DNA of 64,000 nt from a virus: IMG/VR virus record IMGVR_UViG_3300033405_000009. One strand, given 5' to 3'. The notes below the pieces were generated by a model. That model saw only the letters and a list, made by a program, of their open reading frames with translations. It had not been told where the DNA came from and did not search any database. Positions 36,487 to 46,165 of this stretch are shown here, in pieces. Each line of letters opens with the position of its first letter. Positions within the stretch are counted from its first letter, which is position 1. Position numbers and translations under genes: made by a program.

Positions 36487-37725
36487 CTAGCCCTTCACAC
36501 ACATGATCTGCTTGAGCGTGTAAACGATATCGACCAGATCGCTTTGAGCTGCCATTACATCTTCGATCGGCTTGTAAGCACTCGGGCTCTCGTCGATTAC
36601 GTCCTTATCCTTGCGACAAGCCACACCCTCCGTCGCCGCTCGGTGCTCCTCGAGTGTGATACTCCGCTTGGCCTCCCCACGAGCCATCGTACGTCCTGCT
36701 CCGTGTGAACATGAATTGAAGCTCTCCGGGTTACCCTTCCCGCGCACGATATAACTCTTGGTGCCCATCGAACCCGGAATAATGCCCATGTCCCCGAGTT
36801 GAGCACGCACAGCACCCTTACGAGTCACCCATACATCTTCTCCGAGGTGATGCTCTCGAGCCACATAGTTGTGGTGACAATTCACCACTTCTCCGGTAAG
36901 AGTGAAGCGCGGGAGTCCAGCCTTGCGGACCGCCTCGATCACGGCTCGCATCATGAGATCACGATTTGTGCGAGCATAGTCCTGGCACCAGCTGACCGCC
37001 TTCACGTAGTCGTCGAAATGCTCGGTACCTTCATCCAGATACGCGAGGTCTCGGTTTGGAAGACGACGGTCGAGACGCTCCATGTCCTTCTTAGCGAGCT
37101 CGATGAAATAGGTTCCGATCTTGTTCCCAATCCCGCGGGATCCGGAATGGAGCATGAACCAAACGTTTTGGTCCTGATCGAGACATACTTCGACGAAGTG
37201 ATTACCTCCTCCGAGCGTCCCAAGTTGTCCTTCCGGATTTCCCTCCTTCGCACGACCATGACGTCCCACGACTTCCTTGAAGCCCGGGACAAGCCTCCCC
37301 CACGCCTCTGTGACGTACTTCGGGGTCTTCTCCCAGGACCCGACCGCGCCTTTATCTTTGGCGCTACCATGCGGAACGGCCGCTGAAATGTGGTCAAAGA
37401 GAAGCTTGTCAGCATTGACCGGAAGATCTGAGGCGTTGAGACTGGTACGCACGGCGGCCATACCACATCCGATGTCTACCCCGACAGCCGCCGGGATGAT
37501 GGCCTTCAGGGTCGGAATGACACTTCCGACTGTCGCCCCGATACCGAAATGGACATCAGGCATGACAGCAATATGCCCATGCACGATGGGAAGCGTGGCG
37601 GCCTGGATAAGCTGAAGCTTGGCTCCAGCTTCGAACTTCACTCCATTCGTCCATGCCTTGATGGGAACACGTCCGCCCTCGACCAACTCGTAGCTCATGC
37701 CGCATGTTACATGCGAACTGCACAA
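36487..37725 (-). CDS. rtcB: RtcB RNA 3'-phosphate/5'-OH ligase
   Basis: GGGNHFVE, CHHNYV, SCSHGAGR signature motifs. Confidence 0.85.
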   Translation of the reverse strand: MCSSHVTCGMSYELVEGGRVPIKAWTNGVKFEAGAKLQLIQAATLPIVHGHIAVMPDVHFGIGATVGSVIPTLKAIIPAAVGVDIGCGMAAVRTSLNASDLPVNADKLLFDHISAAVPHGSAKDKGAVGSWEKTPKYVTEAWGRLVPGFKEVVGRHGRAKEGNPEGQLGTLGGGNHFVEVCLDQDQNVWFMLHSGSRGIGNKIGTYFIELAKKDMERLDRRLPNRDLAYLDEGTEHFDDYVKAVSWCQDYARTNRDLMMRAVIEAVRKAGLPRFTLTGEVVNCHHNYVAREHHLGEDVWVTRKGAVRAQLGDMGIIPGSMGTKSYIVRGKGNPESFNSCSHGAGRTMARGEAKRSITLEEHRAATEGVACRKDKDVIDESPSAYKPIEDVMAAQSDLVDIVYTLKQIMCVKG

Positions 37726-37753
37726 ATTTACGCTTTTTATTGTAAGATAATGT

Positions 37754-37957
37754 ATGGAAATGTGGGATGAATCGGTGTTGGAATTTATGAACCTTTCAAG
37801 ACGTCAGCGAAAGACTGTAATTATGCATCTCTTCGACAAATGGCATGAACTGAAGCGCACCAATCCGCAAGTCGCAGAAGATTTCTTAATTGGACTTCGA
37901 GTCGTGGATAGCTTGCATCATGCGTCAGACTGCGTGCGAGAGGTCATGGAATCCTAA
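37754..37957 (+). CDS. hypothetical protein (C-term REVMES)
   Basis: ORF 67 aa. Confidence 0.45.
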   Translation: MEMWDESVLEFMNLSRRQRKTVIMHLFDKWHELKRTNPQVAEDFLIGLRVVDSLHHASDCVREVMES

Positions 37958-37970
37958 GCTTCCATGACCT
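37941..37970. terminator. 30-nt perfect palindrome formed by two convergent gene-end motifs
   Basis: AGGTCATGGAA-TCCTAAGC-TTCCATGACCT; both stop codons in loop. Confidence 0.4.
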
Positions 37971-38154
37971 CTGCGACTCTCATCAGCAAGCATTCTTCCA
38001 GAGTGATCTCTTCGTAATACTTCATGTGATCCACTTTTAGAATGTTTTGATAATAGACATCGCAGCATGCGATGGTTCGACCTGGCTCAGATTTAATGCG
38101 TAGAAAGCGTGTCGCCGTTATGGGCAGCCCACAACAACCATCACAGATAATCAT
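37954..38154 (-). CDS. hypothetical protein (C-term AEVMEA)
   Basis: ORF 66 aa. Confidence 0.45.
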   Translation of the reverse strand: MIICDGCCGLPITATRFLRIKSEPGRTIACCDVYYQNILKVDHMKYYEEITLEECLLMRVAEVMEA

Positions 38155-38363
38155 CGTGGGCGAGGGAACAAGCAGACTTCCTTTTTATCCACATGCACTG
38201 CGTAAGTATAAAGTTTGCCGAGAGTCTTCTCGAGATTGGTGTGAAGATCTGCTAGTGCAGTCTTCTGATCCGGACCTTTTCCGGAAACCTGAATCGATCG
38301 ATTGAGCGCTGAAATGATCGTTTCAGTTCTCGACGGCGTGATTTCAAGTCTCATATCATCCAT
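38151..38363 (-). CDS. hypothetical protein
   Basis: ORF 70 aa. Confidence 0.45.
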   Translation of the reverse strand: MDDMRLEITPSRTETIISALNRSIQVSGKGPDQKTALADLHTNLEKTLGKLYTYAVHVDKKEVCLFPRPR

Positions 38364-38365
38364 GA

Positions 38366-38635
38366 TTAGCTCTCCAAGATTCCGCGAACCATTTCATAAT
38401 TACAATCGCTGGAAATTCCTTGCTTGAGAGCATTCTTGTTAATGGATGATTTATGAGATTCCTCACGGATTCTAACAGGTCCCGCCCCACAACGCTTGCA
38501 AACGTATGATCGGAACCCATGAAGATGCATCTGAATATGAGATTCTTTGGTGGCGCCTCCCGCTAAATGAATTCCCATGCTCGACGGGACGAGCTCCCAC
38601 CGATGAATGGCTTTCTTCATCGGCTTGCCGTTCAT
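38366..38635 (-). CDS. zinc-ribbon protein (C-term RGILES)
   Basis: likely start MNGKPMKK overlapping upstream stop (TGATGA); CKRCGAG. Confidence 0.45.
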   Translation of the reverse strand: MNGKPMKKAIHRWELVPSSMGIHLAGGATKESHIQMHLHGFRSYVCKRCGAGPVRIREESHKSSINKNALKQGISSDCNYEMVRGILES

Positions 38636-38850
38636 CACGACTCCATCACGTGTCGGACGATGCATTCAGGATGTGCGCATTTATCAAGAGCCATACGATG
38701 TTCGCAATGATGATTTTTGAAGATCGTAGCAAGCACTTTGAAGGTAACGGCGGCGTCACATTTCGCGTATTTCGCAAGATTGTCGAATTGGTCTTGAAAT
38801 TGCTTCAGAACCAGTTCCATCTGCAGAACATGCGAAATACGCGAACTCAT
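38635..38850 (-). CDS. hypothetical protein (C-term RHVMES)
   Basis: ORF 71 aa. Confidence 0.45.
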   Translation of the reverse strand: MSSRISHVLQMELVLKQFQDQFDNLAKYAKCDAAVTFKVLATIFKNHHCEHRMALDKCAHPECIVRHVMES

Positions 38851-39545
38851 CAGCGTCTTGCTCGGCGTTCTGCCTTCAACCTTGCTCGGCTCTTAACGAC
38901 CTTCGGGAAGAGAGAAGTCATATAGGGATGGGCATTCGTTTGAGTTTCGAATGGACCCATCCATGCGACTCTCGACTTGAGGTCCAAATTTTCAGGAGTC
39001 TCCTCGAGATTCAGTCCAAGTGAAGAACGCTCCACGAATCCGATCTTTACATTCGGTTTCAAGAGAGGCTGCACCGTCTTGAAAGTAGTTGAGACAGCCC
39101 CGGGCTCGCTCGAGAAATAAACACCTTTGTATAGAATCTGGTAGTCCATACCTTGAGCAATAGGCTCGCCATTTTTGAGCTCCCACGCCAGTTTGTATCG
39201 CTCTACAGACTTCTCGACCTTTGGAATCAGGGCGATGGCATAGTCTTTTTCCCGACTCAGAATGTGAAAGTTGAACCAGCTGGTAGGAGACCCTTCAGAC
39301 CAGTCAACAATATGATTGAAAATCTGTTCTGCTTCATCCAGAACGAAAATCGGCCACGGGTCGCCTTCGGGCGACACACCCCAAAGTATGGCCTCGGCTC
39401 TTCCGTCTGGAAGCGCATTGATCATGTTCGAAAAAGCTCTCATCGAACTCGGTTCGAGATCGAGCGTTTGTCCTGCATTACCCGTCAAGAGCGGGATATA
39501 ACTCACCACATAATGAACGAGTTTTTTAGATTTGGTGATAGGCAT
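38850..39545 (-). CDS. hypothetical protein
   Basis: ORF 231 aa. Confidence 0.5.
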   Translation of the reverse strand: MPITKSKKLVHYVVSYIPLLTGNAGQTLDLEPSSMRAFSNMINALPDGRAEAILWGVSPEGDPWPIFVLDEAEQIFNHIVDWSEGSPTSWFNFHILSREKDYAIALIPKVEKSVERYKLAWELKNGEPIAQGMDYQILYKGVYFSSEPGAVSTTFKTVQPLLKPNVKIGFVERSSLGLNLEETPENLDLKSRVAWMGPFETQTNAHPYMTSLFPKVVKSRARLKAERRARR

Positions 39546-39819
39546 AATTAAGTTGCTCCCTCGCTTTTGCGTTTGGCTTGTCTTTCAGGTAGATGACAGG
39601 CTTGAGAGCGCCAGTTCGAATACTGACCTGTTCGATGAGGCCGTCGAGCACAGTATCAGTGAAAATCTCCTCATCCTTCGGATCCACCATGAGGAGAAGC
39701 TCCAAATCGAAGAATACTTTGCGACGAGCAAAATTGGCTTCGTCAGGTTTCTTGACCATCGCCTCGATGAGTTTCATGAACCATTGCTTTTCTTCAGCTT
39801 CCCACTTGATCATGAGCAT
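39526..39819 (-). CDS. hypothetical protein
   Basis: ORF 97 aa. Confidence 0.45.
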   Translation of the reverse strand: MLMIKWEAEEKQWFMKLIEAMVKKPDEANFARRKVFFDLELLLMVDPKDEEIFTDTVLDGLIEQVSIRTGALKPVIYLKDKPNAKAREQLNYAYHQI

Positions 39820-39837
39820 CTCTCGGTATGATCTGAT

Positions 39838-40134
39838 ATGGACTGCGTGTTTATTAATGGAAAGTGCTGGACTTGTGGTGGATCAGGCCTTAAAGTCGTA
39901 CATCGGCAAGGGGACCCAGTTGATCCGCATGAATTAGACCCTGAGGAATCTCCGCCACCAACTTATCCTCCCGAGTATTACCCGAATGGGTACCCGATTC
40001 TGCAGCAAGTTTACAAGAGTCAAGCGGTTTGGGCTGGAACCATGTATGCAACTTGTGATTGTCGCATCATCCGGAGCCCGCCATGGAATGGGCAGCTAAA
40101 TTTGAATCCGAATTACGGATTAAGCTTCGGTTAG
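39838..40134 (+). CDS. hypothetical protein
   Basis: ORF 98 aa. Confidence 0.4.
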   Translation: MDCVFINGKCWTCGGSGLKVVHRQGDPVDPHELDPEESPPPTYPPEYYPNGYPILQQVYKSQAVWAGTMYATCDCRIIRSPPWNGQLNLNPNYGLSFG

Positions 40135-40971
40135 CACTTCGAAAAATCGCTGTCTATCTCTCAACGCAATAGCGATTTTTACATCACTGTCGCGGTTCAA
40201 GCGAGCCCCCCACTCGCCCTTATGTCGGTACATATCGACGCGCTGAAATTCGCAAATCTCAGGCTCAATAGCTACGGCCATCGCTAAAGGATCGTGAAGT
40301 TTTTTCCCATCAGGATTCTTCTCTAGATAGAGTTCCATCCCTTTGAGCACGAGATCTAACCCAGCAGTTCGTTTAGGCAGCGCTTTAACTCTCGCATGGA
40401 ACTCGGGATCCCATGCGACTCCATGACATACATTTTTACCTACGAGTAGCTTCTCTCCAATATGCGAACTGGCCAGCATTCCTTCCGCTACTTTTGGAGC
40501 GCCGTTGAAATTGAAAGTTGGACAGGTTTCTCGTCCGGCAAATTTCTCTAGACGATATTCCGGGGGCACCACAGAATCACCAGCAAATCCGCCTTGTGCC
40601 ACCCATCGCGGGAAGCGCGGCAAAGAAATGAAATTCTTAAGAGGAGCTCCTGTTAAGAGTGTTGCTCCCAAATCTACCGCATAATTCAAGACATCGAGCG
40701 CATATCTGTCCGGCATCAATGAGAACGAGCCGAGCCATTTATCATGAAATGCGCTCACCGCAGGCTTTGTTCGGCTCGGATCTCCTCCAATGGGAACATC
40801 TTTGCGATCCAAATGATCCAGCACGTGTCTTGCGAGCCCGACTTGATCGGGCCCACCAGGAGTAATCGTTACGGAGACAAGTTCGACCCTCGGATGCGTT
40901 GCCAGGATGGCGAGCGTCATCACATCATCCGGATCTTGCGTCTCCATGTCAAAATGGATGCGATGTTTCAT
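40120..40971 (-). CDS. nucleoside hydrolase-like protein
   Basis: N-terminal HFDMETQDPDDVMTLAIL resembles IU-nucleoside hydrolase DxDxGxDD motif. Confidence 0.45.
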   Translation of the reverse strand: MKHRIHFDMETQDPDDVMTLAILATHPRVELVSVTITPGGPDQVGLARHVLDHLDRKDVPIGGDPSRTKPAVSAFHDKWLGSFSLMPDRYALDVLNYAVDLGATLLTGAPLKNFISLPRFPRWVAQGGFAGDSVVPPEYRLEKFAGRETCPTFNFNGAPKVAEGMLASSHIGEKLLVGKNVCHGVAWDPEFHARVKALPKRTAGLDLVLKGMELYLEKNPDGKKLHDPLAMAVAIEPEICEFQRVDMYRHKGEWGARLNRDSDVKIAIALRDRQRFFEVLTEA

Positions 40972-41153
40972 GATTCCAGCACTGTACGAATTGTCTGTTC
41001 ATTACAGTCGATCGCGTACTTACCGGATGGTTTCTTGAAAAGACCGGAAGTCTTGAAGCCGCAACGTCGGCATTCGAAAAACATTCGATCCTGGTGAGCG
41101 ATCGGATCTGGCTGTGTGTCAACCAGTTTCCATCTATGCGGTCTCCACTTCAT
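40968..41153 (-). CDS. zinc-ribbon small protein (C-term RTVLES)
   Basis: ORF 61 aa. Confidence 0.4.
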   Translation of the reverse strand: MKWRPHRWKLVDTQPDPIAHQDRMFFECRRCGFKTSGLFKKPSGKYAIDCNEQTIRTVLES

Positions 41154-41530
41154 GACTCCATGATATTACGTACGATGTTAATGCGTTTCCCACGTGGAAC
41201 CATCTGAATAGGCCCTCGTTTATATCTATCAAGAGTTTCTTTTGTTTCCTGGTGATTCTTTCGAGCAGTTTCCAACTCACGTTCCGCGTTTGAAACTTCG
41301 ATTTGCGAATATCGAAAGTCTCTTTGAATTTCCTCGATGCGTTTATGAGTATCGCATTCGGGGTCGTCGCACATGAGGTCACAGTCACCACAATAAGAGC
41401 ACCATTTGAGGCACCCGTGGCATCTGCCCTCTCCGGGACATTCGGGCTCTTCGTAAGCCTCACTCACGGCCTTTTTCCTTGTCGAATTTATTGATGGCCT
41501 TATGAATGGCAGAAGCCACGATTTTTGCAC
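41150..41530 (-). CDS. Cys-rich protein (C-term RNIMES)
   Basis: CPGEGRCHGCLKWCSYCGDCDLMCDDPECD. Confidence 0.45.
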   Translation of the reverse strand: MQKSWLLPFIRPSINSTRKKAVSEAYEEPECPGEGRCHGCLKWCSYCGDCDLMCDDPECDTHKRIEEIQRDFRYSQIEVSNAERELETARKNHQETKETLDRYKRGPIQMVPRGKRINIVRNIMES

Positions 41531-41678
41531 CGGAGAGTTTGGCTTGCCGATGCAAAATTCCTTGTACGTCTTTTGGTTTGGCTTCGGAGAAATCTGTCAG
41601 ATCTTTTTGTAAATCAATCTGACAGGCCAACAGCACATCATCTAAAAGACGCCGAAGTTCTGATTCTTCCGGACTCAT
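41460..41678 (-). CDS. hypothetical protein
   Basis: ORF 72 aa. Confidence 0.4.
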   Translation of the reverse strand: MSPEESELRRLLDDVLLACQIDLQKDLTDFSEAKPKDVQGILHRQAKLSGAKIVASAIHKAINKFDKEKGRE

Positions 41679-42172
41679 GACTCCATGACCTGACGAACTT
41701 TTTCCTCGTCACAATCCTCCGGCATCTTATCTAGAACTTTGATCAAATCACTCGCCGGACTGTTCTTGAATGATAGTTTAAGACGAGTGCCACAATCCGG
41801 GCACAAAATGACAAATTTATCTTGGTGTTTCGTCACTAACTCATATGCAAGTGAATGCTTTGCTTTACCAAATCTATCACATGCAAATGCGAGCAGTTCT
41901 CGCTTAAATTCCAAGTCTTGTTTGCGAAATTCTAAATTCACTGATGCAAGACACACAGATCCACAGTATTCATTGCAACATGCGGTGCAATTCCCGCCTT
42001 GACAGCGCGGGTCTTCATAACCTTCACAATCTCGAGTAGAACATCGGGGGGCAGAGTCTGGTTCTGGTTCTGGAAGTTCTGGCGATCCGAATAGAAGCCT
42101 CCAAATCCAAACAAGGATTCCGGGCCAGCGCCAAGGAGGTGATTGATTTGTTGTGGTAAGTTCGTCACTCAT
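41675..42172 (-). CDS. Cys-rich protein (C-term RQVMES)
   Basis: multiple CxxC pairs. Confidence 0.45.
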   Translation of the reverse strand: MSDELTTTNQSPPWRWPGILVWIWRLLFGSPELPEPEPDSAPRCSTRDCEGYEDPRCQGGNCTACCNEYCGSVCLASVNLEFRKQDLEFKRELLAFACDRFGKAKHSLAYELVTKHQDKFVILCPDCGTRLKLSFKNSPASDLIKVLDKMPEDCDEEKVRQVMES

Positions 42173-42426
42173 TAGTTCGAATTACTCTTTAGAAGAGATA
42201 CATCGAACTTTACGAGAGGTAGATTCCGAATCCAGGATCGAACGTCTTCTGGAGCCCCTAGAATCTTCGCTAGTTCAGCCGTTGCCATGGGTGTATGGAC
42301 TTCACCCTTCTCATTCCAGACAAAATTTCCGTATGGGACAGGTCCGATATCCACTCGGACGTCTTCTCCAGGATGGCTTACGGACAAATCTGCTGCAATT
42401 TTTGCTCGGATCTGATCGGGTGTCAT
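42172..42426 (-). CDS. hypothetical protein
   Basis: ORF 84 aa. Confidence 0.4.
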   Translation of the reverse strand: MTPDQIRAKIAADLSVSHPGEDVRVDIGPVPYGNFVWNEKGEVHTPMATAELAKILGAPEDVRSWIRNLPLVKFDVSLLKSNSN

Positions 42427-42467
42427 ATTGATTATCTACTCTGATCGGATGAGAACTTCGTTACAAG

Positions 42468-42737
42468 TTAAGAATTCATGATCTCCTGAACAGTGTGGCT
42501 ATTGATGGCTTCCAAAATCACATCTGGATCTGGGGAACTAAGAGGAAGCCATTTGCCTTCTCCAGGCCACTCGCTCATCACAACAAGAACGAGCTTCGAA
42601 CCACCATCTTCTCCCGTAATAATTTCAAATGAGTATTTTTTCTCGCGAAAAACGAACGGTTTCCGCTGACCCGTATGAAAACGCAGCCAGGCACGCCGCA
42701 GGACTCGTTCGTCAGATGATAAGATGGGACGACTCAT
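42468..42737 (-). CDS. hypothetical protein (C-term QEIMNS)
   Basis: ORF 89 aa. Confidence 0.45.
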   Translation of the reverse strand: MSRPILSSDERVLRRAWLRFHTGQRKPFVFREKKYSFEIITGEDGGSKLVLVVMSEWPGEGKWLPLSSPDPDVILEAINSHTVQEIMNS

Positions 42738-42810
42738 TCGCGTGTTGTACGCGCAACGGTTCGAAATCTAGCATACACGCAAATTTGGCCATGGCTCGAG
42801 TAATGAACAA

Positions 42811-43464
42811 GTGAGCTCTTACGAATCGCGCGTCTCGCGCACACAAAGCCGGTTTCTCGCCGCTCTGTCACATTACGGAATTGAAGCCAGTATCACGGTG
42901 GGAGCCAGAGGCAAATGCACATTAATTGTGGATGATTTCAAATACCCGTGCGCCTTTTACGACGGAACGGTCTACCTTGTCTCCGGAATATCTTCACCTG
43001 TCTCTTCAGAGAAGAGACATTATATCTCCATGCCTAAGCGTTGGAAAGGCGATAGGTGGAGAGATTTCCACTATATTCAAAGCGCGATCCTGCACGGAAA
43101 TAAATCCGCTGCAGATTACAAAGCGTGGCTACAGCGGACTCAATGGAGTAGAGATTTACAAGAGCTAGTGAGTCGATTCTCGAACATGACACTCAAGGTA
43201 TCATGTGGTCAGGATCTCGTTTCCAATAAGCTTCTGATCAAAGTTGAAGGTTCCACTACAGGGACTAAGCTCGAACGGTGGCGATTCGAGCATATTGTCA
43301 AGATGTGGAGTGAATGGGTTGGAACAGGACGACAAGTAGTAATGACTGCAGATGACATGAATTGCACTTGCAATCTCCAAGGATGGTTCACTGAGCCCCA
43401 GGCTCGAGAATTCATCCTATATCTCATCGAAACTCAAATTGCGGCCGATGTTATTACCTCATGA
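42811..43464 (+). CDS. hypothetical protein
   Basis: ORF 217 aa. Confidence 0.5.
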   Translation: MSSYESRVSRTQSRFLAALSHYGIEASITVGARGKCTLIVDDFKYPCAFYDGTVYLVSGISSPVSSEKRHYISMPKRWKGDRWRDFHYIQSAILHGNKSAADYKAWLQRTQWSRDLQELVSRFSNMTLKVSCGQDLVSNKLLIKVEGSTTGTKLERWRFEHIVKMWSEWVGTGRQVVMTADDMNCTCNLQGWFTEPQAREFILYLIETQIAADVITS

Positions 43465-43482
43465 TCCTATAGTCTTTGAATT

Positions 43483-43806
43483 TCATTTGATGCGATATGG
43501 GAACATTCCATCCCATTTAACCTTGTTCGTCAGCCTACAAATTGCCAATCTGACGTCACCAGGTTGGACCAAGTGCCAACCTTGAATTGATCGTCCATTC
43601 GATGATTCGATCATCGGACGAGCTTGAAGCTTATCTTCAATCGCATACAGGACACCAGAAATAGCCATTCGTTTGGAGGAATCTGTCGGTAGGACCTCTA
43701 AAATGAGAGCTCGCAAACGAGCTTCTGTAATTCGGATGGTCGACGTCGGAGCGATCCCAATTCGACGTTGAAGTCCTCTCTTTTTTGTGATTGATTCGGT
43801 GGTCAT
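43483..43806 (-). CDS. hypothetical protein
   Basis: ORF 107 aa. Confidence 0.45.
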   Translation of the reverse strand: MTTESITKKRGLQRRIGIAPTSTIRITEARLRALILEVLPTDSSKRMAISGVLYAIEDKLQARPMIESSNGRSIQGWHLVQPGDVRLAICRLTNKVKWDGMFPYRIK

Positions 43807-44054
43807 ATGTTCATAACCTCAAACACAAGACCTTCTTCAACTGTTACTTCTTCTACTAGAAAACGGACTTCAATGAAATCTAGTTTATGGTTTGGACATC
43901 GATACTTCACGTTGCCCCATTTCATGATGAATGCATTTCGAGTCGGGCTCCCGCAGGTTTTACCCGACGCGTATTGAAATCGGCAATTGAAATAACTACC
44001 AGCAGGGTCCATTGGTGATTGAGTCATGATCCCATGATCTCCCCAACCAAACAT
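43803..44054 (-). CDS. hypothetical protein (C-term FEVMNI)
   Basis: ORF 83 aa. Confidence 0.45.
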   Translation of the reverse strand: MFGWGDHGIMTQSPMDPAGSYFNCRFQYASGKTCGSPTRNAFIMKWGNVKYRCPNHKLDFIEVRFLVEEVTVEEGLVFEVMNI

Positions 44055-44308
44055 TCTTCAATCGTCGGGGAGAGAGCTTCTCCGTTAATTGTGTCGTCAG
44101 TATAGATATACTGTTGTCCACACCCTGAGCAATGATCCAAACGAGAAAGGCCACCATTAGTTCTAACGACCAAAAGAATTCCTGGTGGATTATAAGCGCA
44201 ATGAGGGCATTCAGATCTATACGGACTGTCGTCAGAATATCGGATCAATTCTGAATGCTTGACCTGAATCCATTGTCGTCTCAAATTCTTACCAACTTCT
44301 TCGCTCAT
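44024..44308 (-). CDS. zinc-ribbon protein (C-term GEIMGS)
   Basis: CPHC...CSGC. Confidence 0.45.
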   Translation of the reverse strand: MSEEVGKNLRRQWIQVKHSELIRYSDDSPYRSECPHCAYNPPGILLVVRTNGGLSRLDHCSGCGQQYIYTDDTINGEALSPTIEECLVGEIMGS

Positions 44309-44979
44309 GAGTTCATGTCTAGTTCTATGAAATTCATCTGCTCTGCACTCTTACAAGCTTCTTCGTAAGACTCACCGATTCCTTCCGAAGGTCGAATTTG
44401 GATTCCGAGCTCACGCATATCGCGTCGGTGATCCACTTTCCCCGGCTGGTCATCCACACGGCAGACTCCATAACGCTGAGTGCCTGCGGGTCTGCTCTTA
44501 GCATCTCCGCGATCCACTACGACCCAAAGACCACCGAAATCTGTCAAATCGACATCATCGGCAAAATATGACCCGTTCAAGTCGTAACCACCCGCTCCGG
44601 AACCTTGCTTTTCGGAAGGGTCGCTTCGGTATCCGAAAGTCGGTTCCTTTACTCCGAACTCAGAAAGATCTGGTTCAAACCCAATAGGCGGTGGCGCAGG
44701 AAGAAGCGCAATTCTTTCAGATTCAGTTTGAGTTGTTCTCAGTTCAAGATCTCCAAGGTCTACAGACAAACTCGGATCCAATTCTTCCGGCAGTTTAGTG
44801 GTTTTTACGGACGTCGATCGCTCCCTATGAGGAATTACTTTGGCCGGACCAAATAGATCCTTCAAAGTTGGGAGCCAGCCGGGTCGACCTTTGTTACTCA
44901 CGAGAAAATTTACGCCGAAAATTCGAGTATCTGCTGGATGAGTCGAATATATGCCATAAATTTCGTAAATATATGGCAT
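44305..44979 (-). CDS. hypothetical protein
   Basis: ORF 224 aa. Confidence 0.5.
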   Translation of the reverse strand: MPYIYEIYGIYSTHPADTRIFGVNFLVSNKGRPGWLPTLKDLFGPAKVIPHRERSTSVKTTKLPEELDPSLSVDLGDLELRTTQTESERIALLPAPPPIGFEPDLSEFGVKEPTFGYRSDPSEKQGSGAGGYDLNGSYFADDVDLTDFGGLWVVVDRGDAKSRPAGTQRYGVCRVDDQPGKVDHRRDMRELGIQIRPSEGIGESYEEACKSAEQMNFIELDMNS

Positions 44980-44982
44980 ATA

Positions 44983-45189
44983 TTAAGAAGATATAATATG
45001 GTATATTAGGGTCTCTTGACATGTCAAGTCTCGAACAAATGGATGGAGAGCTTCTTGTTCAGGAGGCCTGAGTGTGAATGAAGTTGTCTTTAATCCGCAA
45101 TTGCGACATTCCCAATAGCGACGCCTGGCATGACCACCAACTCTTTTGACAGTGTTGAGACGCCAGATATGTTCACTCGGCGACTTCAT
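44983..45189 (-). CDS. zinc-ribbon small protein
   Basis: ORF 68 aa, CRNCG. Confidence 0.4.
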   Translation of the reverse strand: MKSPSEHIWRLNTVKRVGGHARRRYWECRNCGLKTTSFTLRPPEQEALHPFVRDLTCQETLIYHIISS

Positions 45190-45464
45190 TCGTTCATGAT
45201 TCTCGCAATCATTAGCACATCACAATTGTGAAATCTCATATTCAAGCCTCCGGCCCAAGCCTGAACCGGAACGTATGTAGTTTTGTAGTCGTTGAAATCA
45301 GGAAATGCGTGTGCTTTCGGAAATTCGCAAATAGTTCCACAATTAACACATCTAATGCGCTGCCTTCGACCCGGATAAATGGCACTCTTAGTAGGTGGAC
45401 CGTCATCAGTCCACACGTGTCCACGGTCTGACACGATTCTCGAGCGTGCCGGACCCTTACTCAT
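45186..45464 (-). CDS. hypothetical protein (C-term ARIMNE)
   Basis: ORF 92 aa. Confidence 0.45.
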   Translation of the reverse strand: MSKGPARSRIVSDRGHVWTDDGPPTKSAIYPGRRQRIRCVNCGTICEFPKAHAFPDFNDYKTTYVPVQAWAGGLNMRFHNCDVLMIARIMNE

Positions 45465-46165
45465 GAGAGCATAACATTCGCCACTGATGCTTCTTGAAGC
45501 AAATCGTGAAGTACATCTTCAAGATTCTCGAAAGCGGACATTCGACGATAGAGATTCCTAATTTGGCGCAAATTTTCTGAAGCCACCCATTGACTGTCGT
45601 GCTTGATGGCGAATTCGATCCAGTCCTTAACATCTCGTTTGCGCTGAATCTCAGTCGGCTCATCGCCTCCAGTCATATTACTGTCTTCCCAGTCCCATTT
45701 GAGATACTGCTCCGCAAATTTGATTACGAAGCGACGAGCCTTGGTGTGGAAAGACTTTTTGATGTCCTTCGGAAGACGAGCCCTGTCAATGTCTGAAACG
45801 ACTTTGAATCGTGTTCCAGCAATGGTGTCGAAAGGTTCATATGAACATGGACCGAGATGATCAACATCTTCCTTCGTGCCGAATGCGTGAATCCGCTTTC
45901 GGACGGAATCTGTCGTCATGAAGCTAGCGAGCGGGTCGGTCATAATCCATTCAAGAAACCCCACTCGAATTGGTTCAAGACGAGCCATCAAAAAGGCCCT
46001 TCCAACATGACATGCAGTATTGGAAATGGGTTTAATTTCGGTCTCTCTCATCCAGGTATCGAGAACTCCGGTATTCAGCCAATATGTAAACAGAACTCGG
46101 AGAATGTTGTGTTCTGGAGAACGAGTGTTTGACGTCTCATATGGAAAAATCACAGGCTTCGTCAT
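45461..46165 (-). CDS. hypothetical protein (C-term ANVMLS)
   Basis: ORF 234 aa. Confidence 0.5.
   Translation of the reverse strand: MTKPVIFPYETSNTRSPEHNILRVLFTYWLNTGVLDTWMRETEIKPISNTACHVGRAFLMARLEPIRVGFLEWIMTDPLASFMTTDSVRKRIHAFGTKEDVDHLGPCSYEPFDTIAGTRFKVVSDIDRARLPKDIKKSFHTKARRFVIKFAEQYLKWDWEDSNMTGGDEPTEIQRKRDVKDWIEFAIKHDSQWVASENLRQIRNLYRRMSAFENLEDVLHDLLQEASVANVMLS

Noticed and set aside
36799-37615. ORFs on the plus strand and alternative minus frames inside RtcB
   Set aside because: RtcB motifs span the whole region on the minus strand. Overlapping ORFs lack features.
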